DNA of 64,000 bases, from assembly GCA_024679065.1 (NCBI GenBank), contig JAGIQG010000009.1, forward strand, positions 100,006,001 through 100,070,000. The letters run 5' to 3'. The notes under the pieces were generated by a model that worked only from the letters and a program-made list of their open reading frames with translations, was not told the DNA's origin and made no database searches. A program made the position numbers and the translations under genes. Below are positions 1 to 12,753 of the stretch, piece by piece. The DNA comes from Sphyrna mokarran. Lineage: Eukaryota. Every line of letters begins with the position of its first letter. Positions within the stretch are counted from its first letter, which is position 1.

Positions 1-129
1 TATCAAAACGTGATCCATATTGAGTATAGTCATTCAGTTAACGTGTAAGAAACACAGATATCTGGGGTAAAAATCAATAAGCTGAGTTGTAATTCTTTAC
101 GCATCGTTTTTCGTAAATTAAGTATAATT

Positions 130-1550
130 AACTAAACAACAATGACCAAATCATCAAGCTTGTCGTGACCCCACCTACAGATTTTTTTCCCTCACTTGCA
201 TATCGATCTCACACTTGCCATCAATTACCCACACATAGCTGGCCAATCGCCCCGTTTAATGCCAACACCCATTCGCTTAATTAACAACAACCCTAGTCAC
301 TGCACAACTGAATGCTCAACAGAAAAAATCACAAAATAAACATCTCAGTCAAATGTTCGATACAACCACACGACCTGCTTAAATATTCCAAGTCACGAAT
401 CTTGCTCACCTATTATTAGGCAATCACCTAGCTGCTCAGTGAAGCACCAACACGCATACTCATTATCCCCTGTATCCACACATCTACAGTATCACCAACC
501 TACTGTGTGCAATGGCTCTGTACAGTTACCCAGCTCACTTACCTATTCAACTTGTACTTAGATGCTTAACCACATTCCTATCATCTACAACATTCCCTTT
601 TCCAAATTTCTCGCATCACAAACCAACATTCATAGCGAATATTTTAACGAAATTACACGTGCACCAAATTGCCGATATTACCCTCCACCCAAGTATGCAC
701 GTGAAAAAAATCCCACATATTTCCCATTTACACGCAACTAACTGATCATCAAAGTTAAGCATTTCATCAACAGCCCAATGAAATCGTCTAACCAATCCCT
801 GAACTGTAACCGCCTCCCCAAACATCTCCCAGTTTCCCATACTAACTATCTAACTAACCAATCAATATTCTGTCTACTTACCTCTGCAAGTCGACTGTTC
901 ACAAAGTTAACAGCGGACCGCCCTGCCATGAGAGCTATTCATCATCCTCTGCCACGACAAAACAACTTCACTGAAATGAGTGCTGAATGTATGCAAACTC
1001 CAACTAATTGCCCATTTGCCGACCCTCTCACATATATTACTCTCTACTCACCACCATGTTTAATAGTCAGTACACTGCCAATTAGGATTATGGATGAAGG
1101 ACGATTTCACAAGGAATCCATACATCATGCGAATGAGCAAAAACATCTTCATCTTGGCAAAACCTCCACACTGCACGCATGAGCAGGATCCAGGCACCAT
1201 GCACAATTTTGCAATCAGCCATCTACCTTCTGACATATTCGCTACCTTATTACAGCACCCAACACATCAACTATATCATCCATAGATGCAGTTCCCCATC
1301 GAACTTGTAAAATGCCAGTCTAGTTCTTCATCGTCCTCAGTTACGGTTACAGCTTTGTTTGCATTTTTATTTTCATATGATTACACATCTAACCAACCCA
1401 ACTGATTCACGGATAATCATCTTTCAAATCCCAGCGTCGTGAAGGTTATCGCTCAGCATCCCAATAAAAGATTTATTATCCCAAGAGCCTCTTACCCAAC
1501 TACCCACTTGCAAACATTCAATCAAAATAGCTTCTCAAACCTATCAATTA
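130..1550. repeat. G-poor, C/A-rich low-complexity tract (decayed simple repeat)
   Basis: The plus strand is visibly depleted in G, with recurring ccac/cacc/actca-type words. The overlapping ORFs are compositional noise. Confidence 0.6.
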
Positions 1551-1559
1551 CACTGGTAT

Positions 1560-3540
1560 TGAAGAGGATCGTGGAATAAGTTTCGTTCCCGATACTTACT
1601 GATTGCGATTTGTGAGTTCTGATGTTGAGGATCCAGGTGCAGAGGCAGGAGCCAAGCCCTAGGTCAGAAGGTTGGAGATGAGCCTTGTGGTGTTAAGGAG
1701 TGTTTCTTGCGTATGAATAGGAGTTTGACAGAGGTATGTTTGAAATCTAGGTGTTTAGGGGGTTGAGTATAGTGCTAGTAAGGTTGGCGTCTGCGTACAC
1801 CTGTTACAACAAAAGGCGAACTTTATTGGATCCAGGATACAAACATTGACTTGTGCCGTCAATAACCTTTCGAAGCACTTAATAATGATGAATGCAGATA
1901 CATTGGAAGATAGTTTTCGAGTCTTGCTTGGCTTTGGTTTTGTAAACTGATGATTGTCTTCTTCTTGAAGCAGATAGGGGCCTCCTATTGACGTAAGGAA
2001 AGTTTTTAGATGTTTGTGAAAACGCTGGCCAGTTTGTCCACTCAGGGCCAGGGTGTTTTCTGCGTGTCACTTACCCTATCTGGGCCAGTTGCCTTCCTTG
2101 AATTGACTTTTGAGAAGGCTGCTGTGATATCGGCGATGCTTCCCTCTGATAAAGCTAGCACTTGGGGACATAGCTTTAAATTAAGGGGTGGTAGTTATAG
2201 GACGGATGTCAGAGGTAGGTTCTTTACCCGGAGGATGGTAAGTTTTATGGAATGCCCTGCCTGCTGCAGTTGTAGATGCGCCAAGTTTGGGGGCGTTTAA
2301 GAGGTTCGTGGATACGTTTATGGATGAAAAGGGAATGGTTTAGGTTAGAGGGTCATTGCTTTTTCTTAATTGGTCGGCGCAACATCGAGGGCCGAAGGGC
2401 CTTTTCTGCGCTGTAATGTTCTATGTTCTACATACGTCAGTCCGCAGCTTCCGGGATGGAGAGTGCGCTCTCACTGAACTTCTGCTCAAAACGGACGTAA
2501 ATTTTTTTGAAGTTGGGGAGGAGGGTTCCATTGGGGCCTGCGATTTTACCTAGCTTTATACGTGTATCCTGGCATGTCTTGCAGATATCACCATATTCAG
2601 CGAAATTCCGTTTGAATTGTCTGTAATTCTAGCATGGTCTGGTACTATCGTTCAGCATTTTTGATGGATGTCCATAGATCATTTGCGGCTTTCATGTATG
2701 GGGCAAGGTATCTTCAGGCCTGGGCTTCAGCAGGTTTCCAGTTGAGAAACACGCAAATTTGCTTGTTTGGCACACAGTCTTTTGCACACTGACAAATGAA
2801 GTCACCTATGGTAGTCGCTTATTCGTTCAGGTTGGTCGCAGAGTTTTTAAATACTGAGCAGTCTACCCAGCCCCGTAAGCGATCATCCAATATCGCCGAC
2901 CAACATTGCACGACGTTCGTTGACGGATTCTTCCGCTTCAGAGTTTGCTTGTAAAACTGGGTGTTGGAGCAGACACTTGTGGTCTGATTGACCAAATTCT
3001 GGGAGGGCAATAGAGCAGTTGGCAATTTAATTACTTGTGCAGCAGTGGTCTAGAATGTTAGGCCCTCCGGAGGAACAAGAAACCTGTTGAAGTTATGATG
3101 GCAGAACACTTTTGTTCTTCGTCTGATTGACGTTCCCGGCTATGATGAAGGAAGCCTCAAGGCTATTTTTGGTGGTGTGTATTTCCTATAATACGATTTC
3201 AAAATTCGCTTGGGTTATTTATAAGGCGCTGCGAGGATAACAGAGGTGAACTCCTGCGCAATGAAGGAGTGACAGCATTTAAGCATGGGGAATTCTAAGT
3301 CCGGATAACTTGAAGGCAGACCACGCCTCCTCCGTCTTTCAGGAGGCCGCTCAATGCTCGATTTCTGCTCTCTGGTTGTCGAAACAATCCGGTGAAACAC
3401 GGGTAGGCCTTATCTCCTTGAAACATAACATAACAGTCCCTGAGTTCTCTTTGGAAATTGACTGTGGCTTCAAGCTCATCCACCTTGAACCATCGTATTA
3501 AAATGCCAAACCAGCGCTGCCCATTGTTAGTGCAGGAACC
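1560..3540 (-). mobile_element. Rex1/Babar-type LINE fragment (APE endonuclease to RT N-terminus), decayed
   Basis: Minus-strand translations MDELEATVNFQRELRDCY...SGLLKDGGGVVC and YKQTLKRKNPSTNVVQCWS...VDCSVFKNSATNLNE. A decayed LDPxxFA...DA...LLF RT segment lies near 1700-1850. A younger CR1 3' end interrupts it. Confidence 0.75.
2148..2430 (+). mobile_element. Young CR1/HER1-like LINE, 5'-truncated 3' end
   Basis: Encodes GHSFKLRGGSYRTDVRGRFFT and ends in a (gttctat)n tail. Closely similar to the copies at 11234-11898 and 32491-32865. Confidence 0.9.
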
Positions 3541-4534
3541 AATAAATCATGAGGGCCATAGTTTTAGGATAAGGGGCAGGACATTTAGTGAAGATGTATT
3601 ATATCACGTAGGGAATGCACATTTGGGAATGAAGTCAAGACTGGCACAACCTTTAAAAATAATTGGAAAAACACTTGAAATATCACAAGTAGTAAAACTA
3701 TGGAACAAGCACGGGGCAATTGTCGCTGTATAATCCCATGTCTATGACTGTAAAGATTGTTGGTGATTGTTTCAGCATTGTACTCTGGATTAATTGTTCG
3801 TTTTACAGTTTTCTATCTGCAGGTTACTTCACTTCCACATTCTCTTACTTCACCTGACACTGCAGAATGAAAATGTCGTTACCCGTCCCACTTAATAAGT
3901 GGTTGTTAACAATAGAACCGTGTTCTTTGAGTTCCAACTCCACGTCAAATTATAAATTCTCGAGGATGAATATAGAGTAACATCCAGGCTATTTATTTTT
4001 AATTCCCTCATGCTACACACCATTTGCAAGTGCAACAGACGAAGGCTTTACAGCATGTGTGATGTTATTGTAACGTCGTCAGAATGGAGCAACTCAGTCA
4101 TGACCATTGACGCAAGTGCATTCGATCGCAGACGTGGAACGATTATCTATTTTGCCTTTTTCCAGTCATGCTGTGCACGGCCTTTGCAAACGAAATCATA
4201 GGAAAGCAGCACAACAATAGGTGTCAATTTCTACGTTCAGTTTTATTTGAAGCACTGATGCAGCAAACACTTGTGCTTTTTCTTGGTATTCCTAACTTTG
4301 TGTGTCATATTATTATGGGCTAATATGCGTTTGAGTTTATTAGCTTTGCTGCGCAGCTGTTTACTCCCAGATTCCAAGACTCTGTGTTTAAATGCTTTAA
4401 TGAGATTGAGGAAAATACGGTCTGGCTCAAATTCCTGTCAGCCTTTGTCAGCCAGGTTTAAAAGTTAGATGACGTTAATTGTGGTTCCTGATTTCAAAGC
4501 TCGCAATGTTCTTCTTATAGACGAAAAAAACACT

Positions 4535-4561
4535 ACACACACACACACACACACACACACA
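4535..4561. repeat. (CA)n microsatellite
   Basis: About 13 perfect AC units. Confidence 0.95.
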
Positions 4562-5530
4562 ACGAGGATTTATGTAATCACTTGTAATAACGAGTATAAG
4601 TAGCTTTGAAACTTTCAGAGAAAAATCGGAAAGAGAGCCATTTACATACTCTCGTCTTTAAAAACAATACCAGCCAGAATTGAAAACTGATGTTCCTCCT
4701 CTGGTGTACTCATGTTCCTCCCGTTAATCACAATATCTCATGGCACCGACCGCAACCTAAATAAAGACAACAAAGGAAATCTTAACTATGAAAACAACTC
4801 TCCTAATAAACAGAATATAACACTAAACCATATAATTATCATGTTCTCCAAAAATCCGAGCTGAAAACTCGCCAGACGTGCAGACTGTGTGATGAAATGA
4901 AAGAGCTTTAAAAAAAAACATTTGCTTGAAACGAAGTACCTGTATATACATTTTTTGAAAACATGTGTTGTGCTTTGGATATCTGATTAAACAGAAGCAC
5001 AGCCCTAGTACTTTTAACAGCCCACTGTAAAGAAAGAGATACAGAAATATGTCCTGCTCCCGAACTGTAGATAGCAACTAACAAGCAGCTCAATTTTCAA
5101 CAACAGAGAGAACACAAAACAAGAACCAATGCTTTCTGTTACAATCCAAACAGTATCCGATTAAAATAGAACTAAAGAAAAACCTGTGACTTTTCTGTGG
5201 AAAAAATAAAACTGACCCGGGTAGCATTTTAACTATCGATGATGCTTCGCCCAACAACACCAAATGGGAAAAAAAAGGACACTGCATTAGACCAGATTAA
5301 AAATAATTAAAACAACAAACATGATGTTAATTACAGTAGCAAGTAAAGGACACCCACCACATATATTCCAGCAACAATAAAATCTCACAAGGGAACTGCT
5401 GGAAAAATGTTCAGAGGAACATGACTAAAATACATTTCTAAAGACACAGTATCCTCACAATTTATACCACCAGACGGTTGGCGTCAATAACAGTCTGCTA
5501 GTCCTTTGTCATTATAATCGGCACCTTGAT

Positions 5531-5560
5531 TATTAAGTATTATTAAGTATTATTAAGTAT
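5531..5560. repeat. 10-bp tandem repeat x3
   Basis: (tattaagtat)x3. Confidence 0.9.
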
Positions 5561-7011
5561 CGTTTTACTGATCGGTGGTTAATTGACCTTGCTGGAATCC
5601 TCTGGGTATGCAACTTTCACTTATCCAACGAACGTTGCCAAACAAGCGCTGACTATGTTGGTCCAACAAGAAGCATATGTCAATAACGTGAGCACTCTAA
5701 AGCCTGTAAGTTTATGATGAGTTATAGAAAGTAAGCAGCACCCTCACCGCCACATTTGCCACTGAATGCTTTCCTCGATATTAATTGATACTCTGGCGTC
5801 GTCAGAAGCCAACAGTCTGTGAAGAGAACCAGTGTTATGCTCCCAACATTTCGCTTGTTGTAACGGGTCAGAGAAAAACTAAACACTTGCTTTTGGAATA
5901 GATGTGTTCAACGCGATTTTTAGTCCCAGCATTCAACGGAGTAAACATCTTTTCACATGGTACTCAGGAATGAGATGCTTTAGTGTTCGACGCTATTTCA
6001 ATGGTCAACGTATCTCTTGCATGTTTGCAGTGCACGTGCCTCAATTGTCTTATTCTCCCTTCCTTCAAGCAGAGAAAAAGGAACTCGTGTAGATGGAGCA
6101 ATGGTGCCAGTTTCCCCATTTTTGTTGATTCTATGAATATAAACTTAATTTGGAGGCTGGTCTCTGGAACATGAATCTATTACTTTGCTGAACTTCTACA
6201 GTTTTAATTGAATTCTTCCCTCTTCCTTGACAGACTGCACTAATTTTCTGGATGTCGTCTGTCCCAGACTTTGATAAAACACACCAGGTGTATTAAAAAC
6301 GCGGGGAAAGATTTCGTTAAACCTGACTCTACTAACTCTCTTCTGCTTACGAATCTAAAGACCGTGACTGGAACGGTTTTTAAAAGCATTGTTGAATAAT
6401 CGAAGAGTGACTACAGATTCTAAAATGAAACAACTTCACACAGCAAACAGTCAAGAAGCGTTTTCTCTAGGACTGAACTGCTTTGATAGCAGATCGGATT
6501 ATGTCTGATGCAATTAGAGATATCACAGCCAAGGGGCCACCTGCAGATCTCCACAAACACCCCCCTCCCAGCTAATGATCATTACTCACTCTAGAACACA
6601 AAATAGTTCAGAAACTGGGGATGCCCGATGTAAAGTGGGAGACATGATTGGCTATAATCAGAATTGCCTTGTCAGCAGGTTATATCCTGAATAGAGATAC
6701 TGAACTTGATCTGTTGCAGTTGATGACGCAAGAAGTAAAATATTCTTCTGGCGTTCTATAATAACTTTGACCATGTCAGTTAAAGCTGTCATTGAGCGGC
6801 AGAAGAAGAATCAAAATTGACAAAAAAACATTCTTTGCATCTGGGTATTCAGAATCGAATATTTTTCCAGTGCTATAAAATCCAATGTCACTACATGTTA
6901 ATATTTATCTTGCACTGATGGAAGTACCAATCAGCCATCGTGCTGTAAATTCAATCCAAACTGCGCATAAAATTTGAACTCTTTTGTTTCGAACGACATA
7001 CAGCTTGTAAG

Positions 7012-7160
7012 ACACAGTGTAATTGTGTGATTCTTGAAAGATCAGCTTGTATTCCCCAAATTTTCCAGAAATTTGGATACAGATTCTAAAAACGCAGTGT
7101 AAGAGTGTGATTCTTGAAAGACCAGTCTGTATTCCCGAATTTTTCCAGAAATGTGGAGCG
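7012..7160. repeat. ~80-bp tandem duplication
   Basis: cagtgtaa..gtgtgattcttgaaaga.cag..tgtattccc.aa.ttttccagaaat occurs at about 7016 and 7095. Confidence 0.85.
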
Positions 7161-7490
7161 GGATTTTTTGTCCGCTCTGCGCCAGAAAATGAGAACACTG
7201 CCCGAGGTCAAACGTTGCATGTTCTGTCCCGCGCCCACGACAACTGCCGTGGCGGGCGAAAGAATATAAGTCTCCCTCACATATTTAGACCTTATAAGTA
7301 TATCCATTTGTAGTATGTTGGCCACACTACGTATAAGTGTGGGGCTCATGAAATGCTCAGCAACGCAGAAACACGGAAGTGAATCGGCTGCTGCTAAAGA
7401 TCCGAAAGTCAGAGTGTAACTCTTGCTGTTGGAATCAGTTCATGTGGGTATCCAGTGCGAGTTCCAGTCCCGGGAAATCATAGGTAAGAC
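7150..7490 (+). promoter_or_regulatory. Candidate promoter and first non-coding exon
   Basis: Locally CpG-rich, with an ETS-type CGGAAGTG (7374-7381) and a splice-donor-like AG|GTAAGA at 7483/7484. Motifs only. Confidence 0.3.
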
Positions 7491-7779
7491 AGGCCGCAGA
7501 TTCCACCATCCGAGATTTGTTGATTTGTTTTTATGTATTAGATGTCCTCGTTAGAAAAGAAAACGATTACTCTCAACTCAATTCATCCACGGACGCTGGC
7601 GTCGCGTAATTTATGTGAGGTTCATATTGTAACCTAGTTGATATATTAAAACAAAATGTGTAAATATTAATTTTCTAAAATAAGCAAGCAGAACCATTTA
7701 ATACAATTGTCATTTCGTGCAGATTTTAAACGTATTACTCAGATCTGTTTAATTAATTGACGCCCGATGATAAATTATA

Positions 7780-10700
7780 TAATCATTTTTCAACTTCCCC
7801 TCAATAAAGCATCTGCTATTAGATTAACATTGACTACTTTCCATATAATTATTCGCTGCATGTGTTCAAGACTCATCACTATATTTGTCCCCCTTTATCC
7901 TATTCTGTACCATCGCATCCCTTCTTCTCCCATGGTTGCCTACTTCCATAAAATGTTTCAGACACTAAAATTTAAGACTCTGATTGATACGTTCGCCAGC
8001 TTAATACCCTGACTATCAAGCAATCAAATGCGGCAAACCACATCTCATAAGCTGCAATGTTTAATATCCAATTTCTAGCCTCTCTTTAGGCTGAAAATTA
8101 TTCCTAGCACGTTCCAGCCCCAACTCTCCTGGGCACGAAAAACTAAACACAACACTGGTTCGTGACAGCATGACAAATCGCTCTCCACTTGACCAGCACC
8201 AAATTGCCTAACTGCAACTCGTGGTCAACTATCTCCCAGCATCGAGAATCTGACCTCGACCATCAGAGAGCCGGTCCTACTCTGAAAATATTTCTGACTC
8301 AACAGAGAAAACGGCATCTGGCCACACCTAATGCACGTGCTCATTATCAACATATCAATATGCTGCATGCTTTCCAAATCTGATATCTTTGCATCTCGAT
8401 GTGATGCTAATACCTTCCGACAATTCTAATATCAGTTCAGCCAGTTTACTGTTGCGGTTAGACATGATCCATCTTTCTAAAATATCTATTTTTCCTTACC
8501 ACCAAACTGCCCCTGACTTTACTTGACCCTATCATCGCCAAGCTGACTCGTTCTGCAAATAGCAATGATTTCGTTCAATAACCTGCCAATTAGCAATCCG
8601 CAAATCAACCAAATGCAATCCGATTAATCTCGAAAACACACCACTGCCACACTCATAGGGAATCAAAATTAACAGCTTTTTTCACTTGTCAACGTACAAA
8701 TTTACCTACTCCGCACACAAATCCTACTAAATGGTTACTTCAATTATCCACCCACCTCATGACCCAATTATGTAATGAAGCACTTCCCATCCATCAGCTT
8801 AATTATCTTCTATTCTACAGAGCGCATATCGAAATAGTCGAACGCCTGAATGAGCGACACACCCAGGCCAAATGTTCAAATATCAACTCACCCATGATAA
8901 CGAGCTTCAACTTTCATGCCCTATCAACTGCATCCAACTACACAGCAGCACTTCACAGCCAGCCACCGAACTTCCAAATCGCACAGCACGCCAAACTACC
9001 CAGTAAATACTTAAAAGCGTGTTCAGAAAAAAACTATAATGCTCTAATTCTTTACCATCTTATAAAGTAACACTACCGACGGCATCGCCACACTTCCAAT
9101 TATTATGCACTTAATGCACTAACCCAACTATTAGTCTCGCATATAGCTTCACAAATATGCACCTTTCCTTGGATCACCACAGTGCTTCTCAAAATACTCC
9201 ATCGTCAAACAACACTCCTCCCTAAGTATATACAATTGCTCATACACACTTATTAAGTTGTTCATTCATACAAATATCTCCATAATTCACCGACCTATCA
9301 ACGTTAACAAACTTCCGACCCAAATACAGATCCACTCATCTAATTGAATATCACGCAGCTCGCCAAGTGTGCAATTAAACGAGTTACGTACTTCCCTGAA
9401 ATGCGCACCTACACAGATCACCAATCTTCCAAAACGACTTAACCAACTCATCAGATATCGGGTTACCCACTCACCAGCGTAATCCAACTGTTCTGCAGCC
9501 TAACGTGCTCTATGTTTGCTGATTTTCCTTCTGAAACCTTCGTCGAACTTTTCACCTTATCAGATTAAATCAAGCTATCACTACCCTAATGTAGACAACG
9601 GTGTAGACAGAATTGAATAATTATACATTGCCAACCCAAGCACGCTCTCTCCTCACCATCAACTAAACTTCCAAAACGTCACTCAATTTCACATATTTCT
9701 CCCGTATTGAATGCCCACATACTCACATACCTAGCACCCTTCTCGACCCCATGAATCATCAGACAAACCAGCGCATTTTACTATCAATCCAACAAAACAA
9801 CGTTCATTTGTCCCTATCAAAAACGGCACGCGTACCCCACCTACCACATTGACAGCGTTCCAACCAATATCTGCATATCCCTACCTGCGTGGTGCATATG
9901 CCGCACTGGTCTTTCCACTGGGTTAGTAATCGAGGAACTCAATGTTCTGCGCTCCAGATTTTGCATCCCAGCAAGGTAGATCGTGAGACTTGAACCGAAT
10001 AAAAGGAAACTGCACTGAACTATTTAGTATTGATCAGGACGTACTGTCGATATTTTTGGGGAAAAAAAAACAACAAATCGAGGCTACTGACGTGATTTGG
10101 GGAAGGAGGTTTGCCATGGTTAGCTGGTCGACCCAATATTTAACTGATATCTACATTGTGGAATATTCAGTGTTCTCTGAAATGATATAGTATGCTAGTC
10201 AATACAAGAGGAAGAAAAAAAAATGATGGATAATACGTGCATGTCGAGCACGTGCCGCACACTTTTGTGAGTGAATACAATCGTCTCCATTGTTTCACCG
10301 CCGCCATCATTGTACGCATGCAAGTCTTTCAGACCCAACCATAGCCAGTCAAACATCCAGCTACCAGTCGGCTGATTTACCAACCACAGTTACTCCGCCA
10401 ACGTTCCGACACATATATTCACTTCCCGCAGCTGCGTAACAAGCTTACCATGTCATTCGCATTTTCGCGTAATCAGCTTATCTATTCATTGACCTCCGCG
10501 CGTTTTCATCCAATTCTTCATCGACCTTTGTACATAAACACAAATGAAATCTTCCGCCTGAACCGCCGACAAACATCACACTCTTTCCCAACTGCATACA
10601 AATGCATCGCGCCTCATCATTCTCATTCATCTTCCAAACTAAACGTGGACCTAACAACGGCCCGCATAATCAATTCGTTCCTTACTTAGCTGCACAAAGT

Positions 10701-12240
10701 CATCATTGGTGTTTCTCAGACTGAATAATTATATTCAAATTGACACGTATCTAAATATCCAGCCAATCAATTCGACACATATCCACTTACACAACTCATC
10801 TATAGTGCACATTATGTTCAGCAACATGCAGTCCCACCCACTCAGCAATAAAGAGACCAGCCAGCCAGAATCGTTGTCAACTATCCGAACTCACCCATTG
10901 ACACGCCTATCTATTGGTCTATTTCACCCTCTGATCCCCTTGTACATCTCTCTCATATTCAAATTTGAAAATCATCAGTGTCACATATTTTGAAGGAATG
11001 CACCGGAAAGACATACTCACTAAACATGTATCCACATACCTACTTCCCTCCCACCCAGGTACGGGTAGGCAACTATGACGCCCACCGTTCGGCATTACTC
11101 AACGATGCAAAGAACTACAAAATTAATAGCATCCAGCAATGCCTAACTTACATACTCATTGATCCAAATACAACATCTATCCACTTATCGACCATTCATA
11201 GGATTCGATTGCAACATCTACTGCCTACTTTCATCCCTGAAAGTAGGCAGTCAAGTGGATAAAGTTCTTAAGAAGGCATATGGAGTCTTAGCTTTTATTG
11301 GTAGGGGGATTGAATTTAGGAGCCGCAGCATCATGTTGCAACTGTACAAAACTCTAGTGCGGCCGCACTTGGAGTATTGTGTGCAGTTCTGGTCCCCACA
11401 TTATAAGAAAGATGTGGAGGCATTGGAGAGGGTACAGAGGAGGTTTACCAGGATGTTGCCTGGTATGGAGGGCAGGTCCTATGAAGAGAGGTTGAAGGAT
11501 TTGAGGTTGTTTTCGTTAGAAAGGAGGCGGCTAAGAGGGGATCTTATTGAAGCATATAAGATGATTAGAGGTTTAGATAGGGTGGACAGTGATAGCCTTT
11601 TTCCTAGGATGGAGAAAGCTAGCACGAGGGGACACAGCTTTAAATTAAGGGGTATGAGTTATAGGACGGATATCAGAGGTAGGTTCTTTACTCAAAGAGT
11701 GATTAGGGCGTGGAATGCCCTGCCTGCAGCTGTTGTAGATGCGCCAAGTTTGGTGGCGTTTAAGAGGTTAATTGATAAGTATATGGAAGAGAAGGGAATG
11801 GTTTAGTTTGGAGGGGCATTGCTTTTTATTTTGGTCGGCACAACATCGAGGGCCGAAGGGCCTGTTCTGTGCTGTAATGTTCTATGTTCTATGTTCTATC
11901 TCCTATCATCCTTCTATTTCATCCATATACCTACATAGGCCAAGCATTCGTCGACTAATTAACCAATTAACCAATATCCAACAGCAAAGTCTCCTATCCT
12001 CCTTCCTGTCAAATTCTCCACATAGTCCAACCACAAAAGTAGCCTACACGTTTGAACACATCACTCACGATGCACATATAGCAATCTACAGACTTCAACT
12101 ACCTACAGTCTTGCACCGCCACAACCACGTTCCACATAACTTATTTACATATTAGCTACCTGACATTCTTTATCCAACTTCACACCAATAAGACTATCCA
12201 TTCACTAACATCACATACCTCTTGACATATATATTCTCCA
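7780..12240. repeat. Long G-poor, C/A-rich low-complexity tract, interrupted by CR1
   Basis: Same composition and polarity as 130-1550. Confidence 0.55.
11234..11898 (+). mobile_element. Young CR1/HER1-like LINE 3' fragment (ORF2 C-terminus still open)
   Basis: ORF 11159-11806 contains LYKTLVRPHLEYCVQFWSP, LFSLERRRLRGDLIE and TRGHSFKL. It is followed by a 3' UTR and a (gttctat)n tail. Confidence 0.95.
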
Positions 12241-12339
12241 GGTGTAAGCATTAGTTAAACGATTCATGTAACATTCGGACCTCCAGATCTACTAAGGGAC
12301 CATTTCGGTGAAATCAGCCACATAGCCATAACACTGTAA

Positions 12340-12362
12340 CGGGAGTAACTACGACTCTCTTA
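12340..12362 (+). other. 28S rRNA fragment (sequence just upstream of the R2 insertion site)
   Basis: cgggagtaactacgactctctta matches 28S CGGGAGTAACTATGACTCTCTTA at 22/23 positions. No other rDNA flanks it. Confidence 0.9.
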
Positions 12363-12506
12363 CTCTTCGGTGGGGGAGTGGGAGAGTCATGGCTACAGTA
12401 GCTGTGCGAATCTTGTCGCTTTTGTAGCACAGCGAGTTGCGCCTCCTCGATGGCCCCGCCGGGCAACATCGCCGCTACTCCACCTGCGGTGATGGCTGAA
12501 GCGACT
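12340..12506 (+). ncRNA. HDV-like self-cleaving ribozyme of R2 type (unit 1)
   Basis: P2 agttgc 12435-40 pairs with gcgact 12501-06. P3 is gcc/ggc around L3 tcctcgat 12444-51. P1' cccgcc 12455-60 is complementary to 28S GGCGGG. GGGCAACA follows as in HDV. P4 is catcgccgc 12467-75 with gcggtgatg 12486-94. J4/2 gctgaa carries the putative catalytic C at 12496. The first two P1 G residues are missing in this copy. Confidence 0.85.
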
Positions 12507-12571
12507 GTCCAAGGAGCGACGCTGATGTAATTGCACGTCTATCTGTGCTCAGTCAGACTGCAATTACAAAC

Positions 12572-12738
12572 AGGTGTTTGAGATGGGCTAGTATCCATTC
12601 ATGCGTTAAGGCCCCTTTAAATAGCCGATCTCAGTAGCTGTGCGATTCTTCTGGTTTCTAGCGCACAGTGAGTCAATCCCTTCCGCGGGAGCCACCTGGT
12701 ATCGTCTCCGTGGGCACAGGAGATGGCATTCCATGACT
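12572..12738 (+). ncRNA. Degenerate HDV-like fold (unit 2)
   Basis: P1 aggtgtt 12572-78 with gccacct 12691-97, followed by GG. Two J1/2 hairpins as in unit 1. P2 agtca 12671-75 with tgact 12734-38. P3 tccc/ggga. P4 tcgtctcc/ggagatgg. J4/2 is atypical. Confidence 0.55.
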
Positions 12739-12753
12739 GACCGAGAAACTAAT

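Larger units (their letters stand above)
3850..6000 (-). mobile_element. Ancient Ty3/Gypsy pol remnant (RNase H to integrase)
   Basis: Frameshifted minus-strand motifs: THHKL...RW near 5620-5730 (TDHKPL/RW-like), NLGVNSCAAK near 4340-4375 (H2C2-like), and CVNG...NNITHAVKPSSVALANGV near 4015-4115 (SDNG...IxH...NG-like). Motif order is correct. Confidence 0.45.

Noticed and set aside
12340-12362. rRNA gene
   Set aside because: Only 23 nt match 28S and the flanks are not rDNA. It is better explained as R2 co-transposed sequence.
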